This document shows, piece by piece, positions 19,697 to 30,785 of a DNA stretch of 64,000 nt. This DNA is from Dorea sp. CAG:317 (GTDB taxonomy: Bacteria; Bacillota; Clostridia; Lachnospirales; Lachnospiraceae). Where the stretch lies: positions 159,569 to 223,568 of the forward strand of contig FR892671.1 of the NCBI GenBank assembly GCA_000433535.1. The letters are read 5' to 3'. The notes below the pieces were generated by a model. That model was not told the origin of the DNA. It saw nothing but the letters and a program-made list of their open reading frames with translations, and did not search any database. How positions within the stretch are numbered: position 1 is the first letter of the stretch; each line of letters opens with the position of its first letter. The position numbers were made by a program, and so were the translations under genes.

Positions 19697-21607
19697 TTAA
19701 AATTCAAATATAGCTACTCCATATGGTTTCAGACTGTAAGCAAAAGAATATGGCCTTCCGTCGCACTCCTTCTTCTCCGCCTTATATACAAGCGGTCTTT
19801 CTTCTCCTGTTCCGCCGTATTTTTCTTCATCACTATTTAGAACAAGCTTGTACTGTTTTCTTTTCGGAACTCCAACCCGATAATCTTCTCTCTCCATCGG
19901 AGTGAAATTGCATACGAACAACAGATTCTTCTTATTATCCTTCGAATGTCTCACGAAGCTGAAAATACTTCTGTAAGCGTCATCTGCATTGATCCATTCA
20001 AAGCCTTCCCACGAATGATCCAGTTCGTACATTGCCTTATTCTTCTTATACAGATGCAATAAATCTCTCACCCAGTTTTGAATTGCCTGATGCTCTCTCT
20101 CTGCCAGCAGATACCAGTCAAGTTCCCGTTCCTCACTCCACTCGCGAAGCTGCGCAAATTCCTGTCCCATAAAGAGCAGTTTCTTACCGGCATGTCCCAT
20201 CATAAATGCATATCCGACTTTCAAGTTCGCATACTTATCAAAGCCAAGTCCCGGCATCTTATTGAGCATCGAACATTTCAAGTGTACAACCTCATCATGA
20301 GAAAGAACTAAAATATAATTCTCGCTGTAAGCATAACTCATTGCAAATGTCATCAGATTATGGTTATCTTTCCTGAAATAAGGATCTAACTTCATATACT
20401 CTGTAAAATCATGCATCCATCCCATGTTCCACTTCAAACTGAAGCCCAGTCCATCATCCTCTACCGGACCGGTCACCATTGGCCACGCAGTAGATTCTTC
20501 TGCAATCATAAGCGCTCCCGGATTTCTGCCGAGAACAACAGAATTCAGATGCTTGAAGAAGTCAATCGCTTCCAGATTCTTATTTTCACCATATTTATTA
20601 GCAATCCACTGTCCATCCTGCTTTCCGTAGTCAAGATAGAGCATCGATGCCACAGCATCCACACGCAGACCGTCAATATGAAAGTATTCTACCCAGAATA
20701 ATGCATTGGAAATGAGGAAATTGCGAACCTCATTCTTTCCATAGTCAAAAATCTTTGTTCCCCAGTCCGGATGCTCACCCTTCTTTGGATCTGCATATTC
20801 GAATGTCGGCGTTCCGTCAAAGTCAGCAAGTCCATGTGCATCTCTTGGGAAATGAGCCGGTACCCAGTCAAGGATTACACCGATCTTATTCTGGTGAAGA
20901 TAATTGATCATCCACGCAAAGTCCTCCGGCGTTCCGTATCTGGATGTCGGAGCATAATATCCGGTCACCTGATATCCCCATGAACCGTCAAACGGATGCT
21001 CTGCTACACCGATCAACTCAATATGTGTATAGCCCATATCCTTGACATATGCCGCAATCTCCTTACCGAATTCACGATAACTATAGAAGCCTTCATCCTC
21101 TCGTCCCGGATGGCGCTTCCATGAGCCGATATGTACCTCATAGATTGACATAGGTTCTTCTTCATTCTTCCATGTCTTTCTTGCTTCCATCCACTTATCA
21201 TCCGTCCACTTCAAATGACTGATATCCACAACCTTGGATGCAGTTCCCGGACGAAGCTCTGCATAATTCGCAAAAGGATCTGCCTTAAAAATATATTCAT
21301 GCTGATATGTTTCAATACAATATTTGTACAGCGTCCCCTCTTTTACCTTCGGCACAAAGCACGTATAAATTCCCAAAGGCTCCTCTCTCACCATAGGATT
21401 TGCCTCTACATCCCAGTCATTAAACTCTCCAACTACGGAAACAGATTCTGCATGCGGCGCCCATACTGCAAAGTATACCCCTTCCTGTTTCCCATTCTTC
21501 ACACGGTGAGAACCTAATTTTTTATATATTTCATAATGGTTTCCCTGCCCAAATAAATACTGATCAAGTTCTCCAATCTCATATGGTTTCTTTTTCTTAG
21601 CTGCCAT
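19697..21607 (-). CDS. glgB: 1,4-alpha-glucan branching enzyme
   Basis: It is about 636 aa. GH13 catalytic motifs are present (DGLRVDAVASM, GFDxKW). A GAGGGA RBS lies 7 nt upstream of the ATG (MAAKKKK). Confidence 0.95.
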   Translation of the reverse strand: MAAKKKKPYEIGELDQYLFGQGNHYEIYKKLGSHRVKNGKQEGVYFAVWAPHAESVSVVGEFNDWDVEANPMVREEPLGIYTCFVPKVKEGTLYKYCIETYQHEYIFKADPFANYAELRPGTASKVVDISHLKWTDDKWMEARKTWKNEEEPMSIYEVHIGSWKRHPGREDEGFYSYREFGKEIAAYVKDMGYTHIELIGVAEHPFDGSWGYQVTGYYAPTSRYGTPEDFAWMINYLHQNKIGVILDWVPAHFPRDAHGLADFDGTPTFEYADPKKGEHPDWGTKIFDYGKNEVRNFLISNALFWVEYFHIDGLRVDAVASMLYLDYGKQDGQWIANKYGENKNLEAIDFFKHLNSVVLGRNPGALMIAEESTAWPMVTGPVEDDGLGFSLKWNMGWMHDFTEYMKLDPYFRKDNHNLMTFAMSYAYSENYILVLSHDEVVHLKCSMLNKMPGLGFDKYANLKVGYAFMMGHAGKKLLFMGQEFAQLREWSEERELDWYLLAEREHQAIQNWVRDLLHLYKKNKAMYELDHSWEGFEWINADDAYRSIFSFVRHSKDNKKNLLFVCNFTPMEREDYRVGVPKRKQYKLVLNSDEEKYGGTGEERPLVYKAEKKECDGRPYSFAYSLKPYGVAIFEF

Positions 21608-21716
21608 AGATTCATCCCTCACATTCCGAAGCAATTATAGTAATATTATACTTTAGGACAAACTAAAATTCAAGCATACCTGTACAATCTGACCAATCCT
21701 TTCACTGAAATTAATG

Positions 21717-21756
21717 AAAAAAGTGTCGGTTTTCTACGATAACCGACACTTTTTAT
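21717..21756 (-). terminator. Rho-independent terminator after the 973-aa gene
   Basis: The hairpin is aaaaagtgtcggtt-ttctacgat-aaccgacacttttt, with T/A runs on both sides. Confidence 0.55.
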
Positions 21757-21774
21757 AAGAATGTCCATTTGAAA

Positions 21775-24696
21775 TTAAATCTTAAAATCTTCTTCTTTCA
21801 GAATTACTCTGTCAGAATCATCTGTACTCTTTCCGAATACTCTTCTCGCAAGATGTTTTACATTTGCCTTCTGTGAATGAGCAATCGCCTCATCCATGAT
21901 TTCCTTTACTTCTGCAACAGTCACTGCGTGATCTTCTCTCTGCATTACATCAATTCTGCTGTACAATGCAAGAATACCCATCTCATCCAGCTTATATCCA
22001 TTCTCTTTTGCATAGGTCTGACCAAATGTCACCAGTTCATCATTGATAAATACCGGAAGCTCAAGCTTGGATGTGAATTTTCTCTTGAAGTCAGGATTTG
22101 CGGTCAATATTCTCTCAAGCGGCTTTCTCTGATCTTCCAGAACAAAGAGCATCTCTCCGGTCTTCTTTTCCATCAGATAGCTTAACTCTTTTACCGTTCT
22201 CGCATTCAGCTTTCCTGCTTTCTCGATAATGATCGCTCCGCCGCGCAGCTTTTGAATGATATTAGAGAGTTCTTTCTTATTCAAAGATTCTCCGGTTACA
22301 ATCGCAACCTTACCTTGCTTTAAGTTTCTCTGCTTCTGAATCGCTTTTACAATATCTACTGCAAGAACCGTCTTACCGGAACCTTTTCTTCCGATTACGA
22401 GCAGGTTTCCTGTCTTTGATGTGCCTTCTCTCTGAGCTCTTCGATCATTATCAAGAACTTCTACGATCTGCTCACTCATTCCACGAACCGGTACAAAGTA
22501 TGAGAATAACTTTTTCTGTTCCTCTGTAAGTCCTGCCTTTAATCCAATTTCACTGGTAGCACTTAAATCATAGCGTCCGGTAACAACGAATCCGGTATCA
22601 AACGGAACACCGCTTCCCTTGGACTTCTTAATACGCTTCTGAATCTCTGCTTCTGACGGTTCCTCAATTTCAAAGTCCGCTGCTTTCACCGGTTCTTCCT
22701 CGGCAAAAAAGCTGTCAAGATCGAAATCTTCTTCATCCTCCTCAAAATCGTCTTCCTCAAAGTCCTCTTCCTCAAAATCCGCTTCAAAATCATCTTCATC
22801 CTCAGCTTCATCGAATTCATCAAAATCGTCTTCTGAGAAGTCGTCGTCGAAATCGTCCTCATATTCTTCTTCGGCAAAATCCTCTTCGTACGCATCCTCG
22901 AGGTCGTCCTCGGCCTCATACTCTTCGAAATCCTCGCCGTCTTCTACTTCTTCATACTCTTCGAAATCCTCGCCGGCTTCTACTTCTTCATATTCTTCCT
23001 CGTCAAAGTCGTCTTCCTCGTCGTACTCTTCGAAATCTTCCTCGGCTTCTATTTCTTCGTATTCTTCCTCGTCAAAGTCGTCTTCCTCTGCATATTCCAT
23101 ATCATCATATGCAGCTTCATTCTCAAACTCTGCCTGTAAATATTCTTCATCAATCTCTGGAAGTTCTGTCTCTTCTCCACCGATAAAATCGTCTTCTGCA
23201 CCTCCGAAGATCTCTTCTTCCATCTCATCTTCTTCCGTCAGTTCTGCTTCCATCTCTTTCGCAGCCTCTGCGCCTGCAACTCTGCTTTCGAGCTGCTCTA
23301 CAAGTTCGAGAATATCATCCGGAAGTCTCTGTGTCTTACCTTCAAGACCCGGATCTCTGTCTTTTTCTGCCATCTGAACGATTGCTTCCAGTTCTGCTTT
23401 TCGCTCCGCTTCTTCTGCTGCCTTTCTTGCAGCCTCCTCTTCCGCTGCTTTTCTTGCAGCTTCTTCCTCTGCCGCCTTTCTCGCAGCCTCTTCTTCCGCC
23501 GCCTTTCTTGCAGCCTCTTCCTCTGCTGCTTTTCTTGCAGCCTCTGCTTCTGCTGCCTTGCGTTCTATCTCAAGACGTTCTGCCTCTCTTCTTTTCTCGG
23601 CAGCTTCACGCTCTTTACGGATTCGCTCTTCGTCTTTCTTTTTCTGTTCCTCAATGGCATCCGCATGAACTTTCTGTTTTTCTTCCCATTCCTGCAGAAT
23701 CTCATCAATCTTCATCTGGCCTCCGAGAAGAAGTTCTTCTTCTTTCTGTGCCATTGCCTCTTCTTCAATCTTGATACCACTGGCAAGATTCGTCAACGCT
23801 TCTTCTAACGTTGCGCCCGCAACAACTCTTGTAATCGCAGAACTCTTCTCACTCTCTGCCGGTTTTTCTCTTTCTTCCGCCTCTTCAGACACTGCTTCTT
23901 CCCTTGTATCTGCCTGCAGTGCTTCTTCTGGCTTCTCTTCTGCCTGCTCTTCACGAACCGCTTCCGCTTCCTGTGGTTCCTCTTTTCCTGTATTCTCTTC
24001 TTTTACTTGTTCTGCGGCTTTTGTCTGTGCAGCTTTTGCTTTCACTGCTGCCAATGTATTTACTTTCGGTCTCGCACCCGGTCTGCTGTCATATTTTTCC
24101 TGCTGAAGCGGTGTCAAAGGTTTATACTTCATCTTCAGCTCCATCGCCTGATATACGTATTTTCCTTCGCTGAACCAAAGGATCAGATCATCACATTCCT
24201 CAAGACATTTTGCAGTCATTCCTGCCTGATGATACAGACTTGCCAGCTCATACGCCCACTTTTCCACATACTCTGCTTTCTTAAAGTCCTCCAACGCACT
24301 GATCTGCTCTGTAAACGGTGCATTCTGTGCCTTGAGTATCTTATATTTCAAAATATACTGATTCGGATCTTTTGGCGCAACCTTAACAAACTCTTCATAG
24401 CAATCAGATGCCTCATCTGTATCATTGATCTTCAAAGCTAACAATCCGAGGCGATATATGACCTTACGGCTCTCCGGAGCGCGATCATATGCCACAAATA
24501 AAATATCACGGCTCTTCTGGAACTCCCCATTGTATTCATAGATCTCACTGACGGTATTCAACATAGAAGGGTTCTTTACCCTGCGCCAGTCGATCGTGTC
24601 CGCAATTTCCATAGCCTTTTTATACTGCTTTTCTTCTGCGTATTCGAGCATCTGCTCTGTCTTTACCCGATATTCATATTTATCCAATTCTCTCAC
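21775..24696 (-). CDS. Large multidomain protein with N-terminal TPR-like repeats, a charged coiled coil with 5x AARKAAEEE repeats, a roughly 130-aa polyacidic D/E/F/Y tract, and a C-terminal P-loop NTPase-like domain
   Basis: The ORF is 973 aa and continuous. A Walker A motif reads [13 protein letters not shown] candidate Walker B reads GGAIIIE. The repeats are encoded by in-frame DNA tandem repeats. Confidence 0.8.
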   Translation of the reverse strand: MRELDKYEYRVKTEQMLEYAEEKQYKKAMEIADTIDWRRVKNPSMLNTVSEIYEYNGEFQKSRDILFVAYDRAPESRKVIYRLGLLALKINDTDEASDCYEEFVKVAPKDPNQYILKYKILKAQNAPFTEQISALEDFKKAEYVEKWAYELASLYHQAGMTAKCLEECDDLILWFSEGKYVYQAMELKMKYKPLTPLQQEKYDSRPGARPKVNTLAAVKAKAAQTKAAEQVKEENTGKEEPQEAEAVREEQAEEKPEEALQADTREEAVSEEAEEREKPAESEKSSAITRVVAGATLEEALTNLASGIKIEEEAMAQKEEELLLGGQMKIDEILQEWEEKQKVHADAIEEQKKKDEERIRKEREAAEKRREAERLEIERKAAEAEAARKAAEEEAARKAAEEEAARKAAEEEAARKAAEEEAARKAAEEAERKAELEAIVQMAEKDRDPGLEGKTQRLPDDILELVEQLESRVAGAEAAKEMEAELTEEDEMEEEIFGGAEDDFIGGEETELPEIDEEYLQAEFENEAAYDDMEYAEEDDFDEEEYEEIEAEEDFEEYDEEDDFDEEEYEEVEAGEDFEEYEEVEDGEDFEEYEAEDDLEDAYEEDFAEEEYEDDFDDDFSEDDFDEFDEAEDEDDFEADFEEEDFEEDDFEEDEEDFDLDSFFAEEEPVKAADFEIEEPSEAEIQKRIKKSKGSGVPFDTGFVVTGRYDLSATSEIGLKAGLTEEQKKLFSYFVPVRGMSEQIVEVLDNDRRAQREGTSKTGNLLVIGRKGSGKTVLAVDIVKAIQKQRNLKQGKVAIVTGESLNKKELSNIIQKLRGGAIIIEKAGKLNARTVKELSYLMEKKTGEMLFVLEDQRKPLERILTANPDFKRKFTSKLELPVFINDELVTFGQTYAKENGYKLDEMGILALYSRIDVMQREDHAVTVAEVKEIMDEAIAHSQKANVKHLARRVFGKSTDDSDRVILKEEDFKI
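22915..23090 (-). repeat. In-frame nested tandem DNA repeats (units of about 36 and 66 nt) encoding [10 protein letters not shown]-type acidic repeats
   Basis: Near-identical stretches recur, for example ctcttcgaaatcctcgccg[t/g]cttctacttcttcata and ttcttcctcgtcaaagtcgtcttcctc. Confidence 0.7.
23404..23556 (-). repeat. In-frame 27-nt tandem repeat of about 5.5 units encoding (AARKAAEEE)n
   Basis: The unit gc(c/t)gcctttcttgcagcctc(c/t)tcttcc recurs with period 27. Confidence 0.8.
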
Positions 24697-25743
24697 CTCA
24701 AAATATATTAAATTATAGTTTTAGTTACAATTTCACTGATATCAGTTTATCATAAAGACCTGCTGATTGTCAAAATATACGCCTAAATTGTTAAAAAAAT
24801 ATTACAAATTTGCTACAAAAATAGCCATCACAATCATGCTTGATCGTAATGGCTATTTCCTATTGAATTTTATCATACACTTTTATATTAATCGGAGGAA
24901 TCTTATCGATTACCTGTTCCCTTCTTAACCGTTTTCTTTTTATAAACGATTTATGACTCCAAGTCTCAGATTTTACTTATAATCTTCGATACCTTATTTA
25001 TATCCCTCTAAAAGTTTATATAAAATAATTATTTTGATTATTATATCTATAACCGTTCCCTTTATAGCCAGTGCCCTTATTATTTGTCTATAAAAGTATT
25101 AAGTTATTCTCTCTATAATCTTTATTTTATATTCTTTGTTATATACATCTGCCTATCAGAACTGTTGCCCAATAAACAATATGCATATTAATTATATAAA
25201 TCGATAGATTAGGTAATGTTTCTTCACACATTGTCTAATCTCTTTGAAGTTCTGTGGTATTATCCTCAATATGTCTGCAGATGTTAATCTTTATCATCCG
25301 GTTTTCTCTGCTCCGATTTCACTTTTCATTCTCACTTACCGGTTATCTTCTATGGTAAAGGCTTAATTGACGGGAACTTTTCTCTGCCATACCACTAACA
25401 TATTGACTTGTTGATTCTTTTACATTGTCCAATGGATTAAGCCTCCTTTTCTAAATTTCCAAACTCTCCATCTCACCAACATATGAAACAGAATGTTCAC
25501 AAATAACACTTTGCCGGAAAATCCTTTTTTCCTTTGCCAGAACCCTTTCTCGTCAGATTCCTTTTTGTTATTGTTTAATCTCTTTTGGATTGACTTTATA
25601 ATAGCACCGGAGTTTTGATTTGTCAACACTATTTTTGTGTTTTTATTTATTTATTTTATTATTTTTATTCACCGTTATTATTTTCAGACTTTTTGTGTTT
25701 TTATATTTAATTCGCACTTTTCTTTCACTTCTACACAATTCAT

Positions 25744-25774
25744 TTGTTAACCATCTATTCGATTTTGGTTGACA
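25744..25774 (+). promoter_or_regulatory. BirA-box-like inverted repeat (TTGTTAACC-N14-GGTTGACA) overlapping the bioY -35
   Basis: The half-sites resemble the TGTWAACC/GGTTWACA biotin operator. The 3' half-site doubles as the -35 TTGACA. Confidence 0.45.
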
Positions 25775-25797
25775 TACTAAAATACGGAGAATATAAT
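25769..25797 (+). promoter_or_regulatory. Sigma-A promoter of bioY: TTGACA, 17-nt spacer, TATAAT
   Basis: Consensus hexamers are at 25769-25774 and 25792-25797, 40 nt upstream of the bioY ATG. Confidence 0.55.
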
Positions 25798-25836
25798 TCA
25801 AATCAATGATTATTTTTTACAAAGGAGATTACCAAA

Positions 25837-26397
25837 ATGACAACAACGAACTCTATATCTTCCACGAAACGAATGGTCTGGGTTGCTTTATTTACCGCTA
25901 TCACTTGTATTTTAGCCCCTTTGTCCATCCCGATTCCCATCAGTCCTGTGCCAATCACTTTAACGAATCTGGTTCTGTTTATCAGCCTCTATATACTGTC
26001 GTGGAAAGAAGCTCTTATAAGCTATATCCTCTATCTTCTCTTAGGAATCTGCGGGCTTCCGGTATTCTCCGGCTTCTCTGGCGGAATCGGAAAACTTGCA
26101 GGTCCTACCGGAGGATATCTGGCAGGATTTATATTTTTGATTTTAATTGCCGGATTTTTTATGAAAATCTTTCCAAAGAAAAAGACTCTGACGATTCTTG
26201 GCATGGTGCTCGGAATGGCTGCCACCTATATCTTTGGAACACTGTGGCTCGCTGCTCAGATGGAGCTTTCCTTTACCGCCGCCTTATCCGTCGGAGTCTT
26301 TCCTTATTTGCTTGGAGACGCCGTCAAAATTGCCGCCGCCTCCATAGTTGGTCCGATATTACAGAACCGTCTCTTTTTTATCCGCGATAATAATTGA
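25837..26397 (+). CDS. bioY: Biotin transporter BioY (ECF S-component)
   Basis: It is 186 aa with 6 TM segments. The BioY-family pattern is present (PITLTNLVL...GGYLAGF). Confidence 0.9.
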   Translation: MTTTNSISSTKRMVWVALFTAITCILAPLSIPIPISPVPITLTNLVLFISLYILSWKEALISYILYLLLGICGLPVFSGFSGGIGKLAGPTGGYLAGFIFLILIAGFFMKIFPKKKTLTILGMVLGMAATYIFGTLWLAAQMELSFTAALSVGVFPYLLGDAVKIAAASIVGPILQNRLFFIRDNN

Positions 26398-28657
26398 TCA
26401 GACATCCTTTCAGAATAATTTCTCTCTCGGCGTCTGTCATATCACCAAGTTTAAAATGAACCTCTTTTAATTCATTTCCCACAACGTATGCCTTGATATC
26501 TGCCGCTTTCTCTTCGATTGCCCGGCGGATATCCGGCACAAATATATAATCACCGTTCTGGAAGCTCAACTTCTCATGGTCTTCTTCGGTAATAAATGGA
26601 AGCATCCCCCAGTTGATCAGGTTCGAGCGATATCTCTTTGTCGCATACTCACATGCAATATTCGCCCATCCTCCAAGAACCTTCTGACAGGATGCGGCTT
26701 GTTCTCTCGCTGAACCGTCTCCTGGTTTTACTGCAAAAATCGTACTTCCGATTCCAAGATTTCCTTCACCTGCTTCCGGGTAGGTTTCTCTTACTTTACC
26801 CATTACTTCTTTTAACTCTTCCAGCACTTCAAGAGGACACGTTCCTGCTTCGATTGCTTTCTGCGCCTTCTGAACTTCCTTTGCTCTTCCCACATAAGCC
26901 GGGTCTTTTCTGGACAATGCAAATTCTGCAAGTCCCAGTGGGTTCGAACGATAGGAGGATGTTTCTCCTGACGGGATCAGTTCGTCTGTAGTTGTTACCG
27001 GATCATGAATCTCAGACACTACTTTCAGAAGCAGATTCTCCGGAAGCGCCGGCATCTTCGGCCAGTCTTTAATGTTCGGACCAAACTTGATCTCCACAGA
27101 ATCATCTGCCACGCCTTTACTGTCAAATACTCTGTTTGCATAGATCTTCTCATCAAAATGATAGGTCTGTCCGGTGTATTCTACATCCATAGCTGTTGCC
27201 GGTGTAAGGAATCCTTTATTTGCTGCTGTTGCCGCAATTGAACGAGCATCCATAAGAGCCACAGATGCAATCTGTCCGCTCTGAAGCTTAGAACCTTCTC
27301 GGTTCGGGAAGTTACGTGTAGAGTGACGAATAGAAAAAGCTCCATTTGCCGGTGTATCCCCTGCGCCAAAACATGGTCCGCAGAATGCTGTCTTCACGAT
27401 TGTTCCTGCCTGCATAAGATCAGCCACCACTCCGTTTTTCACAAGTTCCATATAGATTGGCGTACTTGCCGGATATACACTGAATGTAAATGCATCCGAA
27501 CCGATATAATGACCTTTGATAATATCTGCTGCCGCACAAATATTTTCAAAGCCACCGCCGGCACATCCTGCAATAATTCCCTGATCCACGTATAATTTTC
27601 CATTTACAATCTTGTCCTGAAGCGAATAATCCACAGCGCCGTCAAGACTTATCAGCGCTTTCTTCTCTACGTCATGAAGCACGTCCTTTAAATTTGCATT
27701 GACTTCATCAATCGTGTATACATTAGACGGATGGAACGGCATAGCGATCATCGGTTTGATCTCACTTAAATTTACATACACAAAGCCATCGTAGTAAGCA
27801 ACTGCTCCCGGATTCAATTCTTTGTATTCTTCTACTCTTCCATGAGTCTCATAAAATTCTTTGATTGTTTCATCCGTTTTCCATATAGAAGAAAGACAGG
27901 TCGTCTCTGTTGTCATAACATCAATACCGATACGATAATCTGCACTCAGCTTATCCACACCAGGTCCGACAAATTCCATCACTTTATTATTTACATAGCC
28001 ATTTCCGAATGTCGCGCCTATAATTGCAAGAGCGATATCCTGAGGTCCTACTCCCTTCATCGGCTCACCGTCCAGATAGATTCCTACTACCTGCGGCATC
28101 TTAATATCATAAGTTTTATTTAAAAGCTGTTTTACAAGCTCCGGTCCTCCTTCGCCCATTGCCATCGTTCCCAGCGCACCATAGCGCGTATGGCTGTCCG
28201 ATCCAAGGATCATCTTGCCGCCGCCTGCAAGCATCTCACGGGCATACTGATGGATAACAGCCTGATGAGGCGGCACATAGACACCTCCGTATTTCTTTGC
28301 ACAGGTCAGTCCAAACATATGGTCATCCTCATTGATAGTTCCGCCTACCGCGCACAACGAATTGTGACAGTTGGTAAGAACATACGGAATCGGAAATTTC
28401 TCAAGTCCTGACGCTCTCGCTGTCTGAATGATACCTACGAATGTAATATCATGAGATGTCAACTTATCAAATTTAATCTGCAGTCTGTCCATATTACCGG
28501 ATGTATTATGTTCAGATAAAATATTATAAGCCATTGTTTCTTTGGCTGCTTCTTCTCTGGAAACTTTTCTTCCGGTCTTTGCCGCCACTTCTTCACAGCT
28601 TTCCACAATCTCTGTTCCATTTAACAGATACACACCTTTGTCATATAATTTCACCAT
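26378..28657 (-). CDS. Aconitase-family hydratase (aconitate hydratase-like)
   Basis: It is 759 aa. The motifs GSDSHT, CGPC-like [13 protein letters not shown] and the C-terminal swivel [10 protein letters not shown] are present. Confidence 0.8.
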   Translation of the reverse strand: MVKLYDKGVYLLNGTEIVESCEEVAAKTGRKVSREEAAKETMAYNILSEHNTSGNMDRLQIKFDKLTSHDITFVGIIQTARASGLEKFPIPYVLTNCHNSLCAVGGTINEDDHMFGLTCAKKYGGVYVPPHQAVIHQYAREMLAGGGKMILGSDSHTRYGALGTMAMGEGGPELVKQLLNKTYDIKMPQVVGIYLDGEPMKGVGPQDIALAIIGATFGNGYVNNKVMEFVGPGVDKLSADYRIGIDVMTTETTCLSSIWKTDETIKEFYETHGRVEEYKELNPGAVAYYDGFVYVNLSEIKPMIAMPFHPSNVYTIDEVNANLKDVLHDVEKKALISLDGAVDYSLQDKIVNGKLYVDQGIIAGCAGGGFENICAAADIIKGHYIGSDAFTFSVYPASTPIYMELVKNGVVADLMQAGTIVKTAFCGPCFGAGDTPANGAFSIRHSTRNFPNREGSKLQSGQIASVALMDARSIAATAANKGFLTPATAMDVEYTGQTYHFDEKIYANRVFDSKGVADDSVEIKFGPNIKDWPKMPALPENLLLKVVSEIHDPVTTTDELIPSGETSSYRSNPLGLAEFALSRKDPAYVGRAKEVQKAQKAIEAGTCPLEVLEELKEVMGKVRETYPEAGEGNLGIGSTIFAVKPGDGSAREQAASCQKVLGGWANIACEYATKRYRSNLINWGMLPFITEEDHEKLSFQNGDYIFVPDIRRAIEEKAADIKAYVVGNELKEVHFKLGDMTDAEREIILKGCLINYYRG

Positions 28658-28671
28658 GCCTTCTAGTCCTC

Positions 28672-29757
28672 CTATGCTTTCATATTTTTCATGTGTTCGG
28701 CTACCATCATTGCTATCTTAAATGTCATTGCTTCATCAAATACTCTGACATCAAGCCCCGTTTTCTTCTGAATCTTTTCCAGACGATACACCAGTGTATT
28801 GCGGTGGATATACAGTTGTCTGGACGTCTCAGATATATTTAGATTGTTATCAAAAAATGTATATACGGTTGTCAGTTCTTCCTCTTCGAAAATATCTGCT
28901 GCCCCGCCATGAAAAACTTCTTTCAAGAACATTTCACACAGCGATCTTGGCAGCTGATGAATCAGTCGCCCGATTCCAAGCTCATCATACGCAAGAATTC
29001 CGCGTTCTGCATAAAAGACGCGTCCGACCTCCAGCGCCACTTGCGCCTCCTGATAGGATCGAGGCACTTCTTTTAACTCCTGCACGATTGTACCATACGC
29101 TACGCGCACACTTGCCATCGCCTCCATGTTCAGCGTGTCTGTGATCACCCGGGCAATCTGCTGTGCATCCTCATACCCCTCTGATTGTTCCAGCGCTTTC
29201 ACAAGTATGACATGATGATTATCCACTGCCGTAACAAAATTCTTTCTTCCGGACGCATACAGTCCTCGCAGCGTCTCAATAATCAGATCTTCTCCTTCAT
29301 TTTTCTTCTCGATCACATATACAAGCCTTTTTTGATCTGTTGCAATTCCCATTTTATCTGCCTGATTATAAATATCCACAAGCAACAGATTGTCAAGAAG
29401 CAGATTCTGAATAAAGCGATTCTTATCCAGCTTGTCCTTGTAGGCAGTCAAAAGGCTGGTCAACTGGCTGACTCCCATTCTTCCTGCCATTTCCATATTT
29501 GCAGATTCGCCCTCAAGCGCTAACAGATAGATTGGATTTTCTTCATCAAACACAAAAAAGAACCCCTGTTTTTCCCGCAAAATCTCCAGATTCTCATCAG
29601 CATCCTGCCAGAGTTCCTGCACCTGTTTTTCACACTTCTGCATTTTCTCATGGGTCATTACAAGACAGGTTCCCTTCCTGTCCCATACAGCACAATCAAA
29701 TCCGGCAATATTCTTAATGTCCTGCACCGTTTTATGCAATACTTTATTTGATAACAT
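28672..29757 (-). CDS. PucR/CdaR-family transcriptional regulator
   Basis: The C-terminal HTH ([18 protein letters not shown]) is typical of the PucR family. The start is MLSNK, with a GGGAGG RBS 7 nt upstream. The longer ORF includes that RBS. Confidence 0.75.
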   Translation of the reverse strand: MLSNKVLHKTVQDIKNIAGFDCAVWDRKGTCLVMTHEKMQKCEKQVQELWQDADENLEILREKQGFFFVFDEENPIYLLALEGESANMEMAGRMGVSQLTSLLTAYKDKLDKNRFIQNLLLDNLLLVDIYNQADKMGIATDQKRLVYVIEKKNEGEDLIIETLRGLYASGRKNFVTAVDNHHVILVKALEQSEGYEDAQQIARVITDTLNMEAMASVRVAYGTIVQELKEVPRSYQEAQVALEVGRVFYAERGILAYDELGIGRLIHQLPRSLCEMFLKEVFHGGAADIFEEEELTTVYTFFDNNLNISETSRQLYIHRNTLVYRLEKIQKKTGLDVRVFDEAMTFKIAMMVAEHMKNMKA

Positions 29758-30039
29758 ACATATGCCTCCCAAATATTCACATACACGCTTATTCTAGCAC
29801 ATGAAAATAAAGCTGTCTAACATTTTAACGTGCGAAAGCAAACAATTATTCGATATCATATTCTTGATAAAGTTTCTCACACAATTCAAAATCCTGCACC
29901 GCTTTTATATCCGCGAAAAAGGAGTCTTCTTATGAGAATAAGTATAAAGAATCCATCCCCGATTATCAAGGTTTTTCGCATATATGAAATAGAGACTCAT
30001 TACCTGATGATTATTTCCTCTGATTGGACATTTTTGACA

Positions 30040-30085
30040 CAACAAAAGCGGGTATACCCACCAAGATATACCCGCTTCTTTCTAT
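30040..30085 (-). terminator. Terminator downstream of pnuC
   Basis: A 10-bp stem (agcgggtata / tatacccgct) has a 10-nt loop. It is followed on the minus strand by ttttgttgtg. Confidence 0.5.
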
Positions 30086-30092
30086 CGTTCTT

Positions 30093-30785
30093 TTATTTAT
30101 TTTCTTTATTTTTTGCAGCCAGTTTCTTCCAGTTGTAATATCCGTATATAGAGTTAAACAGATAAGCAACCCACATCACTACCATGGTGATCGCAGAAGA
30201 ATCTTTACCAATCAACAGTACCCACATCACCACAGATACAATGTTGACGATAATCCACAAAAGCCACTGTTCTGCGTAACGTGCAACCTGCATGATTAAC
30301 GCAATAACAGAGAATACCGTTGACATTGCATCAATAAGCGCAAGCTGCCCACCTAGATGCGTCAAAATCTGCCAATAGATCACGACAATTACTGCTGTTG
30401 CAACAAGAAGCAGGACAATCTGCTTTGGTGTCAGCGCTTTTCCCTCTACTTCACCACTCTCTTCGTCTTTATGTCTGGACCAGAGGTAGAAACCAACGAA
30501 ATTCATCGGAATATAATAAAATGCATTTAACATAAATTCACCGTATAAATGGTTATTAAATGTAAGATATGCGTAGATTGCTACATTGATGGTCGCAAAC
30601 ACATACGTACTTACTTTTCCTTTTGCCGCCAATACAACACCTAATATTCCTGTGATTCCACTGATTAAAGCCAGTGTATTGTCTCCCCAGATAATGCTCA
30701 GCACGATCATAATCACGGTAGATAATACAAGCCAACACTTTTCAAACATACTCCAGCCTTTAAAAAATTCTTTTACTTTACTCAT
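30093..30785 (-). CDS. pnuC: PnuC-family nucleoside/riboside transporter
   Basis: It is about 230 aa with 7-8 TM segments and has the PnuC signature (W...NxxLYGEF, WQYL-like motifs). A GAGGAAGGAAG RBS lies just upstream of the ATG (MSKVKEF). Confidence 0.85.
   Translation of the reverse strand: MSKVKEFFKGWSMFEKCWLVLSTVIMIVLSIIWGDNTLALISGITGILGVVLAAKGKVSTYVFATINVAIYAYLTFNNHLYGEFMLNAFYYIPMNFVGFYLWSRHKDEESGEVEGKALTPKQIVLLLVATAVIVVIYWQILTHLGGQLALIDAMSTVFSVIALIMQVARYAEQWLLWIIVNIVSVVMWVLLIGKDSSAITMVVMWVAYLFNSIYGYYNWKKLAAKNKENK

Noticed and set aside
23404-23556. A regularly spaced 27-nt repeat array that superficially resembles a CRISPR array
   Set aside because: The repeats are contiguous with no spacers. 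They are in-frame inside a long ORF and encode (AARKAAEEE)n. They form a coding tandem repeat, not a CRISPR array.
25420-25629. A 69-aa minus-strand ORF in the AT-rich tract
   Set aside because: It has no RBS. It is Lys/Asn-rich with low complexity, typical of random ORFs in AT-rich DNA.
25806-26390. A 194-aa plus-strand ORF overlapping bioY in another frame
   Set aside because: The bioY frame, 25837..26397, gives a textbook 6-TM BioY protein. The alternative frame is Arg/Ser-rich junk.
29830-30138. A 102-aa plus-strand ORF between the PucR regulator and pnuC
   Set aside because: It spans the pnuC terminator hairpin and a poly-T region. It has no RBS and reads FFLSFFYLFSLFF, a low-complexity translation.
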